Shown one piece after another: positions 54,425 through 64,000 of a stretch of DNA of 64,000 bases. Each line of letters opens with the position of its first letter. Within the stretch, counting starts at the first letter, position 1. This DNA is from Podarcis cretensis. Lineage: Eukaryota. Under the pieces are notes generated by a model, which saw only the letters and a list, made by a program, of their open reading frames with translations, was not told the DNA's origin and did no database searches. The position numbers and the translations under genes were made by a program. Location of the stretch: positions 46,314,001 through 46,378,000 of the forward strand of contig OX638151.1 in the NCBI GenBank assembly GCA_951804945.1, read 5' to 3'.

Positions 54425-54648
54425 CTGTGGTACCTCAGGTTAAGAACTTAATTTGTTCTGGAGGTCGGTTCTTAACCTGAAACTGTTCTTAACCTGAAGC
54501 ATCACTTTAGCTAATGGGGCCTCCCACTGGCACCGCACCGCCAAAGCATGATTTCTGTTCTCATCCTGAAGCAAAGTTCTTAACCCAAGGTACTATTTCT
54601 GGGTTAGTGGAGTCTAACCTGAAGTGTGTGTAACCCAAGGTACCACTG
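54425..54648. mobile_element. Tc1/mariner MITE, same family as 7016
   Basis: Same TIRs and internal sequence; left end overlaps the L1 TSD. Confidence 0.85.
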
Positions 54649-55146
54649 TATTTCTTCTTCATAGTGAGCATATGGACACCACACCAAATTCACTTCAAGT
54701 TATGTTTGACAGAAGATTAAATTCTCATTTCACTGAAGAATGCTATGAACATCATTCGCTTCAGTACAAATACCCAAAGCACAAGGGCAATAAGTGTTAG
54801 TCCCGATAACAAAATCCTGGTTTTAAAAAAAGATCAGCCCCTAACTTGTGCCTCAAGGTATAACGAATTAGGATTACACTTTGTCACAAGTCTTTTGCCA
54901 AAAATCTTCTAATATTTTGTGTAGATTGGGGGAGGAGCACTCCCTGTGACCCTTCAGGTGTTGCTGGGCTCCACCTATCTGCTTCAGTCAGCATGTCCAA
55001 TGATCAGGAATAATGGGAGTTCAACTGCAACATCTGGGGATTCACAGATTGGCTGCCCTTGCTGTAGAGCAACTAGCAAAGCTCTTACGCACATAGTAAC
55101 AAAAGCTAGGCTGAAACCCATTAAAAAACATCAGTACAACAGATAT

Positions 55147-55284
55147 TGATTGGACAGTGTTCTCGAAGCTACCAGGATGAGTTTGACCAAGCTGCAGGAG
55201 GCAGTGGAAGACAGGAGTGCCTGGCGTGCTCTGGTCCATGGGGTCACGAAGAGTCGGACACGACTAAATGACTAAACAGCAACA
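55147..55284 (+). mobile_element. BovB 3' end
   Basis: GTCCATGGGGTCACGAAGAGTCGGACACGACT, (CAA)n tail, TSD ACAACAGATAT. Confidence 0.9.
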
Positions 55285-55668
55285 ACAACAGATATAAAAA
55301 GTACAAAGCAGTGGACACTAGATACTTTTTTGAAAGTCAAAGTACCCAATCAAAACTCCTGAGTAGGGTGGTTGGACTAAATGACCCTCAGGCTCCCTTC
55401 CAACTCTATGGTTTTATGAACTCTGTCAATTTTGGAACTCTCACTTTCTCATTTTAACACTCTTAAATTCAGTTCTCCACATTTTCACAGCAAATTGAGA
55501 TTTTTTTTATTTTTTTAAAAATCATGAACATTCATCAGCATTTCAGGGCAGGTTTCTCCTAATATACACATTTTGTACGCAGTTTTGAGTAAGATATACA
55601 TTTTCTGCAATCCATGTTCCCTAATTTAATGCATTTTTTAAGGTTATTTTCTCCCTGCATCTGTATTT

Positions 55669-55893
55669 TGTATGTATTACTTGGCTGGGGAAACCAATCA
55701 CAAAATTCAGAGATGTGTCAATTTCAAAGTATGGCATTGTTTCAGTTCTCACATTCTTTGGAAATTGAGAACCTACCTACCTGTATGTATTACTTGGCTG
55801 GGGAAACCAATCACAAAATTCAGAGATGTGTCAATTTCAAAGTATGGCATTGTTTCAGTTCTCACATTCTTTGGAAATTGAGAACCTACCTAC
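55669..55893. repeat. Perfect tandem duplication, 2 x 112 bp (period 113)
   Basis: 55669-55780 is identical to 55782-55893. Confidence 0.92.
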
Positions 55894-56001
55894 AGATTTG
55901 GCAGGCTCTCTTTAAATGTGAACTGTATCGATTTTTCCTCCCATCCCTACTCCTGAGTAAGCTTAGCAGTCACAGGAAAAGAGGACACAGTCTCTCAATT
56001 A

Positions 56002-56243
56002 CAGTGGTACCTCGGGTTAAGTACTTAATTCATTCTGGAGGTCCGTTCTTAACCTGAAACTGTTCTTAACCTGAAGCATCACTTTAGCTAATGGGGCCTC
56101 CTGCTGCCGCCATGCCGCTGAAGCACGATTTCTGTTCTCATCCTGAAGAAAAGTTCTTAACCTAAAGCACTATTTCTGGGTTAGTGGAGTCTGTAACCTG
56201 AAGTGTATGTAACCTGAAGAGTATGCAACCTGAGGTACCACTG
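56002..56243. mobile_element. Tc1/mariner MITE, same family as 7016
   Basis: TA-CAGTGGTACCTCGGGTT...AACCTGAGGTACCACTG-TA. Confidence 0.88.
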
Positions 56244-56254
56244 TACTAAAGAAC

Positions 56255-57143
56255 TGGAAGCAGGGTGTAGGAATAAATGGGCAGTTCTCAAACATCACGG
56301 TAGTATGCAAGAAGTGGTGTCATCCAAGGATCATTTTGAGAACTGTGCTTTTTAACTTGTTCACAGATGAGCAGAAGTTAGGGAGATGTTAACCCAGTGT
56401 GCAACGGCTGTGAAAACAGGTGAATTCAGTGCTAGAGATAATTAGCAAAGGGGTTAAAAATAAAACTGGTAATATCATAATGCCATTGTACAGATCTATG
56501 GCCTGACTACACTTGGAATGCTGTGCTCAGTTCTGATCACCACATATAAAAAGAGATATACTGCTGGAAAAGGTGCAGAAGGCAATCATTTTAACAAGGG
56601 GGTGGAGAAAAGGTTACAATGTTTAGGGGTTTTTAGTTTGTGGGGGGGTGTGAAATCTGATGGAGGACAAGCACATGATAAGAACTGAATAAGATTGTGC
56701 ATTGGTACGAAGAAAGTGGATGGAGAGAAGTTTTTTTCTCTCACTCAGTGGTAATTCTAGAAACTGGGATCATCCAGTGAAGCTGAATGAGTGAAGATTC
56801 AGGACAGACAAAACAAAGTACTTCTTCACACAGTGTATAGTTAAACTCTGGAATTCACTCTCACAAGATGTAGCAAGGTCCACCAACTTGGACAGCTTTA
56901 ACAGGGAATGAAACAAATTCATGTATGATAAGACTCTGAATTGGCTACTATTTGTGATGAGTATATTATATCCAATGTAAGAGGCAAGTTTGCCTCAGAA
57001 TATCAGTTGCTTCAGTTCACAAGGAGCAGAGTACCGCTGTGTTCACATCCTGCTTGTGCGCTCCCACAGGCACCTGGTTGGCCACTGTAAGAACAGGATA
57101 CTGGACTATATTGTCCTTTGGTGTGATTCAGCATGACTCTTCT
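56255..57143 (+). mobile_element. Old CR1 LINE, 3' portion
   Basis: Degenerate RT C-terminus (QCATAVK, LYRSM, FFTQCIVKLWNSL) and CR1 3' UTR. Confidence 0.8.
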
Positions 57144-59576
57144 GCTCCTGTGACCCTGTGAAGGTTGCATGGGAGGATTGAGAAGGGATATATATTATGC
57201 AGCTGGTTCGGAGATTTCTCCAAGTACAGCCAATGAGCTAGTTTGAATTATACATAGGGGAGGAGAGTGCTATGATATAAGCCATCAAGATGCAAACCAT
57301 CAATGTTGTACGATCCAAAGCAACTCCATATCAAAAATGTAATATGTTATTGAAATTATAATTTGCTTGTTGGTGATTGTAAGAAAAGTTGTTTCCCAGT
57401 CTTCATAAAAAGTATTTCTAAATTAGTGACAAAGTTTGATACTGGTCATACGAACAGCAACCAGAAACAAGACTTCAACATTTACTTAGAATAAAAGGAA
57501 GGAGGAACACTTAACTTGTTTTGCACCATTAACATCAGGAAAAAAATGAAATGTTTATTGGCCTGGCTGGGGAAACCCAGCCAGATGAGTGGGGGTATAA
57601 ATAATAAAATTATAATTATTAATAATAAAGCAAATGCAAATACAGGCATTCAGCATGCACACACACAACACACCTTGTTTGTTGTTACCTTCCTACATTT
57701 GGGTCTCTTGTTACACAATCTCATCAGAAGTTCTTCCTAACCTCATCAATTCAAAGATATTGGAATTAGCATGGAGTAGCAAACCAATATCCAATGAAAG
57801 GATACTGTACTATTCTCAATTCAATAGTCTGTCATACATTCTGCTTCTTCGGTACACTTCCTATACTATGAGATGTTCATCCAAGTCATAAAGAAAAATG
57901 TAGTAAACCCACATAGAATCAAACTCTCCTAAAGACCATAGATATATATCATGTGATTTAAAAGAAGAAGCAAAACTGAGCTCTTTAAAACAGTGTCACA
58001 GCTAAGCAATTTTTTTTTAATTTGTCAGGATTCAAGTACTTTGTGCTAACATGGAGGTAAAGCTATCCTGGCTGGACAAAACATGGGAGAATGAGTCCTT
58101 TTTCTCCCATTTCTATATTGGTTTATTACTATAACCTTCAGGCAGAAAGGAACATTTCTCATGATCATATTGACATGCAAATGAAGGCAAAAGAGAAAAC
58201 AAGCCAGTTTTCAAAGAGAGAACAACATAAGATCAGAGATTCTAAAGCAATGAGCCCCATCTCCATTTGGTAATTCATCTTATCCTAATTAGCTGTGAGT
58301 GGGAGAAAACACAGTAGAGGTAGAAAAGCTGCTTAGGGCATATGAAAATTCAGAAGCATCACTGACACTAGGATTTACCACCAAGAGTGGCTAGTATATT
58401 AAAGCACTTAAGACCTCCCCCACCCCAATGACACACAGCTGTCCATAAGTGCAGATAGCACATCAAACCCAGTTCTATTCCAAGCAATTTTAAACAAATC
58501 AAACACTGTGTCTGATTAAATATCCAGATGCAAACAAAATCACTGTTCAGTCACTTTGATGTTTCAAGCCAATGGTCATTGCGAAGTGCCACTCAAGCAA
58601 TGCTATGTAAAAACACACTAAAATTCAGCATTAGCTTCTACAGGGTGCAGCAGCTAATCTCTTTATTTAAAACACACGCACACTATTTTTGCTAAGTTCT
58701 GTTGTGTCTGAGACTTCAATATCCTTCAGTAATTCTTTTTATAGGAAGCATTTAAGATGAGATCAAAGTAATTTCTGCCTACATTAATATTTGGATGAAT
58801 AAACAACCTACCACAGCAACATGCATATCCCTGTAAGCATCAACTTACTTGGGTTCTTGTGCTGTAGATTTATGTGCTTAGATCTAAATCCAGCAAATAC
58901 ATGTGTTTCAAAATACATTACCCAGTGGCTTGAAAAAGATGTTTGCAGCAGACACCACAATTTGCATAACCTACTCTGCTCACAAAATTCTGTTTAAATC
59001 TGTGAGGAATATGCTCACTTAGGATGGAGAGAGTCTGCTAACAGGAAACAGAGTTGATTTAAATCATATTTGTCCAGTAACTATTAAAAGGTGAAAACAA
59101 ACACTATAAGTTTGGGAGGGTGCAGGTGGCAGACAAAAAGACAAATCTATCAATATCAGACATGCTTTGCATATCATATTTAACAACACTGACTACCTTA
59201 CTGGGTTGTTGTAAGGATTCCAACCAAGTCATGTATGTGAAGCATATAAATATGAGCTACTTAATATTTAAAGTATGCTTACATTTCATAATTAAAAAGT
59301 CTTCAGATGTGCAACTCTTACAGCGACCCTGAAAGGCAGCATTATCAACATCTTCATATGAGGTTGAGAAAGAATGGCTTGCCGAACAACACCTAGTGAC
59401 TTCATGGCAGAGGAAAGCTGTAACTGAGGACTTCCCTATTCATAGCTCAGTCTCTTACACACCGGGCTATCCAGCTTGCCATTTAAATTTACACTCCTTA
59501 TAGTACCAATCTGAAGAGGCATATAATTGAATTAAGTCCACAAACAAATCAATTTTGCTTCAGATTGATCACTTAC

Positions 59577-59623
59577 GCAGTAAACAGAGAACCACCTCTG
59601 TTCCCCAGATGCTTCCGTAATCA
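59577..59623 (-). other. Candidate small non-coding exon
   Basis: Pyrimidine-rich acceptor (ttccttcatctctctctatgtgcaatctctag) and TGC|GTAAGT donor; 47 nt. Confidence 0.2.
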
Positions 59624-60688
59624 CTAGAGATTGCACATAGAGAGAGATGAAGGAAACTGCTCAGGTAAGACACCTTTGTTTGCACAAATGTGCCACGCAG
59701 GTTAACTAATCCCCGAAACGCATCCACGCCAAGTGGACTTGAATGGGAGTTTGGAACATAAGATTTAGAGAATCATAGACTTCCACTGCAGATTAAGTTG
59801 CCCCTTGCCACCATTCCAGCTGCTTGTCAGTCATAACTGGAAGGACTGGGAAGGGGGATCATAGCATCAGAGGTATGGCTGAATCCAACCACCATCCACA
59901 CAAGGTTTTTCCAATGCTTATGAAAGAAGTGGAGGATTCTAATCAGTATTAGCAATAGCAAGTCTACAACTCAGAAGTGATGGTTTTTCTAGACTATTTT
60001 ACACAGGGGTGCATTAGTCGTGCAGAGAGCTGGAAACATGCATGGACACTGAGGGCAAACACATAAGGAAATGAAATGTTGCTTCTGCCAAAATATGAAG
60101 AGCACATATTGGATCTGCTTTGCTTTCGAAGCCAATGAGCTGTTGGGTAGGAAAGGCAACCTAGACAGATACGCTTGAACTCCAGCAGTGTCTCTGGAAC
60201 AAAGCCCTGAGATTGCTCCAACTAGAAGAAGTGGCTCTTCAAGATCTCAGCCAGAAGCCTGACGCCGGCCTAAAGAAGACAACTTTCAGCAACACCCCCT
60301 CCCCGCTCCGCAAAAAAGAGCACACCCAAGAAGCCGACGCATTGTCCACACAAACCACTGCTTTCCCCGAGCTCCCTTCCCTGAGGAAATTGCAGTCCCT
60401 CCACATTTAAAACCTATTGGGCTACGTCGAGCACACGCACAGGAGATGCCTCTCGACGGACTTCTGACTCTGTCCGAGGGCTCAAGAGAAAAGGCGAAGA
60501 ATCCATGTGGCCGGGGTGGGGTGGGGTGGGGTGGGGTGGGGGTGAAGCGGGGAAGGGGCTTATTATGGGGCGGAGGGGGGGGGAGAGAGAAACGTCCAAA
60601 GAAGGCAGCTCTAGCCGCGTCCGCCTCACGCGAGGACCCTCTTTTCCGACAGGGCATGGAAAGGGCGACTCCCTCTCGCGCCTCCGTG

Positions 60689-60718
60689 GCCGCCGCCGCC
60701 GCCGCCGCCGCCGCCGCC
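60689..60718. repeat. (GCC)10 repeat in the CpG island
   Basis: Direct reading. Confidence 0.9.
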
Positions 60719-60848
60719 TCTGGCACGGTCGCTCTCGCTCGCCCCGAGTGACTCTTGCCAGAAACTTTGGCAGCCGAAGACGAGCGCGAGAAGGCGGGCG
60801 CGGCGAGCGCCCCGCGGCTCCCCGAGAAAGACTGAGGGAAACTCTTAC

Positions 60849-61250
60849 CTGGCTGACGCGGGACGCGCCGCGCGCTGGCTGGCTGACTCGCTCGCTGGCA
60901 GGTGAAGCGACGCTCCCCACAGAAGCGGCGGAGTCCAGGCAGGCACTATATCCCCCTTCGGCCAGGCGGCGCCAACAACGAGGCGCTCCTTCTCGGCTTG
61001 CACCTGTGCGCCAGGCGAGGCAAATGCTCCCTGGCGCCTTCTCCGTCTCCCTGTTCCTCTTTCTCCCGAGCGGCGGCGAGCTAGAAACCCCGCCGCTCCT
61101 CCTTCCTTCCTTCCTCCTCCTCCTCTCGCCTTCCCCCCAGACTCTCTCCCCGTCACGTCTCCACACAGCCCCGGCAGCCGTAGGGCGACTCCCGCCTTCG
61201 CGCTCTGCCTAGTGCCGGAATGTCCGAGCCGCCGCCGGAGCAGCATCCAC
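60849..61250 (-). other. Putative non-coding first exon (5' UTR); start site approximate
   Basis: Minus strand reads ...CGTCAGCCAG|GTAAGAGT at 60849, a strong donor. No ATG seen from the donor up to about 61210. Lies downstream of the CCAAT and GC boxes. Confidence 0.6.
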
Positions 61251-61769
61251 CTAGCGCTCCCCCGCCCCCTCCACTCGCACGCCAAGAGCAGGCAGCTCCC
61301 GAGCGCGCCACTCATTGGTCCTCCCGCCGCTGACCTCACCGCAGCCGCTCACGCCCACCTAGTGGATTTCCTAGGCAGCCTTTATTATAGGGGCGCCCGC
61401 CTACCAGCCCGGGCAGCGGGGCTCTCGGCACCAAGCTAGGCGCGCTCTTGCGCCGCTCGGGTCCATCCATTGATTGCACCACAAGTGAAGTAGCCTCTTG
61501 GCCTCCTGGCCAGTGTCCTGTTTTGGGGCGGGGCCCGGATGAGATGCACGGCGGTGGAAATCTATTAAAAGAGATTAAAGGGAGACAGCTGGAAGCTAAT
61601 CACCATCGCAAACAGTTGGGAGCAAGGAGGGAGGGGAGACAATTACAGCAGACACTGTAGGCTGGAAGGAGGTGACTGAAGAGGCTTGCGAGATGAGCTA
61701 GACAAAGTCACATTTCTCATAGACCTGCTAGCTTTGTCGCCAGTCACTTCTTTGGTGGTCAAACATATG

Positions 61770-62108
61770 GCCCATTGTGGGAAGTCCGCCAGCAGAACCT
61801 GAGCCCAACAAAACTCTTCCCACTGGAGATTCGCAGCGACTGCTTCCAGGAGTGGAGGTAGAGCTAGTTGCCAATGAGATCCTTCTCCTCCCCGAATTTG
61901 TCTAACCTTCTTTTAAAGCGATTCAAGTTGGTGGCTAGAACTACCCCTTGTGGGAGTGAATTCCATAGCTTAACTGTGCAGGGTATGAAGAAGTACTCTC
62001 TTTTGTCTGCCTTGAGCCTTCCAGCCTTCAGCTATATTGGATGGTCCTAGGTTTTAATATTATGAGACAGGAAGAAAAGCTGGTCTCTTGCCACTTTCTC
62101 CATACCAC
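61770..62108 (-). mobile_element. Old CR1 LINE 3' fragment
   Basis: Minus strand gives KREYFFIPCTVKLWNSLPQGVV, homologous to about 56800-56900. Confidence 0.75.
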
Positions 62109-63653
62109 TTTCTAAGCCTCCTTCCGGCAACTCCCACAGCCAAGCTGGTGCCAAACATATTGTTCTGCTTTCCTTTGGACCACATCAGTGAGGTGGGGGT
62201 CTTGTCATCTGAGCAGCCCAGAACCTCCATACACACCACCCAGGCTTGCACCCCAGAGAGGTCACTAAAGCAGGAGTTTGACTTCACCTCCGGAGTCACA
62301 CGCCGTTGTTCTCAAGACAGACAGATCCCAACAACCAACCAATAATACAGATTTTTGTGAAATAAAACAATGGAGATTCATTATGTGTTAAGGAATAATG
62401 TTTTCGTCCAGAAGTTGGAGCATGTACCATACACCCACACATAAAAGCCAATAAAATGCAAGTCAGCTGTAAAATACCAAAAACAATTGCGTGCAACTCC
62501 CCCCCCCCCCCAGTCTGAAAGGATTATTCTCTTATTCTACCCTGCATTTCATTTACTCTAGATGGTACTGTATCAAGATGCAAGAGCATGAGCGTTATTT
62601 GTCCACCTTGGGTGCATCAGACCACAAGCCAAACATACCAATGTACTAAAGGAGTATGCTAATAGGGAATAAAATGTGCCCTTGAGTGTCTTAACACACC
62701 AATAGAAATTGGCATTCATAAAGCGCCATTATCCAAAGAGCTTACATGCTGATGAAGTTTACAAATTTAAGATTTCTCCTGCAACTGTTATTCATAGATG
62801 TACTTTTAATAATGTCCATTGGACAACCCATGATTCTATACCTGAAAGCAAAACAGACCAATGTTAGTAGTAGTTTCCTCCCCACCCCCCCACCCCCCAG
62901 ATTATTTAAAGTGCCCTATGATAAAGTAGTGTAGTTGCTTATGGATGTGTTCTGCAAAGAGTTCTCTGCAAGGTTGCCGTATGCTAATAAACTGTCAAGT
63001 AAAGCTACTTCGAATGTTGCACTGCAGGTGTTGTTGTTGTTGCTGTAATATATACCATCATTATGGGTAAGGATGAGCTAAGATAATTCATGTTTGCTAT
63101 GTAGTCCTTTCTAAAATTAAGGTCCTTTCCAAATTACCGTACTCAATTATTGTGTGTGCACGTGTTCATTCATTCATTTCTTTTGAATTTGCCACATGGC
63201 AAATTCATGGGCGGGGAGCAGAGAGCTTACAAAATTAAACAAAAGGTAAAAATTGTTAAATCAATGCATGCAATAATTAGCAATGCAATCTCAAAGCAGT
63301 GTATACTATGTACAATATAAAAACAATATTTAAAAACAAAGCATAAAAACATATAAAAGCAAATAAAACAGATTTCAGGGATTCAGAAACTTTTATTTAT
63401 TTTATTTTATTTATTTGCAAAAAGAGATGAACTGATGATTGTGGCTTCACATATGGCAGAAAGAAGGGCATTCCACAGAACAGGGATAACACCAAAAAAT
63501 GCCCGGTTTTGGCTCACCACCCTATGATATTCTGTAGTGCCAGTAGTAGAATGTTCCAGCTTTTCCTGGCAAGACAACTACATCCATTTCTGGACTAGGA
63601 TAGCCTAACCACTGTTGTACATGTGTTGATAACTTTGGGGTTGACCCAAAGTT

Positions 63654-64000
63654 TCCATGGAGGCGCAAGTTACAGCAACAGCCAAGGCGACATTTTTCCA
63701 CCTTTGCCGCATCAAGCAGTTGGTCCCTTACCAACGCTCTGACCTGGCCATAGTGATCCATGCGACGGTCATCTCCAGGCTTGACTACTGTAATTCACTC
63801 TACGCGGGGCTGCCCTTGAAGCTGACCCAGAAACTCCAGAGGGTGCAGAATGCTGCAGCGAGGCTCCTCACAGGGTCTCTGCCATGGGAGCATATTCACC
63901 CAGTGCTTTTCAAACTGCACTGGCTCCCGGTGGAGTACAGGGTCAGATTTAAGGTGCTGCTTTTGACCTTTAAAGCCCTTCATGGCCTAGGACCCTCATA
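63654..64000 (+). mobile_element. L2 LINE ORF2 C-terminal region, runs off the window
   Basis: Translates to SRLDYCNSLYAGLPLKLTQKLQRVQNAAARLLTG...LHWLPVEYRVRFKVLLLTFKALHGLGP. Confidence 0.9.

Larger units (their letters stand above)
60250..61560 (-). promoter_or_regulatory. CpG-island promoter of an unidentified minus-strand gene
   Basis: Abrupt switch to GC- and CpG-rich sequence. GC box at about 61260-61268 (GGGGCGGGG on minus), CCAAT on minus at 61314-61318, CRE-like GTGACG near 61150, (GCC)n tract, and a minus-strand splice donor within the island. Confidence 0.85.

Noticed and set aside
55614-56057. 147-aa ORF with an internal repeat
   Set aside because: Produced by the 113-bp tandem duplication plus an adjacent MITE.
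60286-61439. Long overlapping ORFs of 100-250 aa on both strands
   Set aside because: They arise from stop-codon scarcity in the GC-rich island; low-complexity R/A/G/P content, mostly non-ATG starts, no recognisable domain.

Overview
Vertebrate genomic DNA, almost certainly a squamate reptile and probably a lacertid lizard (inferred from Sauria/Squam1, Squam2 and Squam3 SINEs together with BovB, CR1, L2, L1 and Penelope elements). A CpG-island promoter at about 60.3-61.5 kb appears to drive a minus-strand gene with an ATG-less first exon ending at a CAG|GTAAGA donor at 60849. The rest of the window looks like AT-rich intron full of transposable elements. I could not recognise any host coding exon, so the gene is unnamed; all recognisable proteins are TE-derived. 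The most unusual observation is three solo LTRs (10649-11152, about 32460-33299, 45999-46434) that each carry a reading frame starting at LTR base 2. It encodes a small Ser/Glu/Pro-rich then Arg/Lys-rich protein. Two copies share a gap-free 35-aa block (16 identities, 10 of them with synonymous codon changes), suggesting a selected LTR-encoded accessory protein. Also present: a Penelope-borne minimal hammerhead ribozyme, internally deleted CR1 and L1 derivatives, several nested insertions and candidate enhancers.
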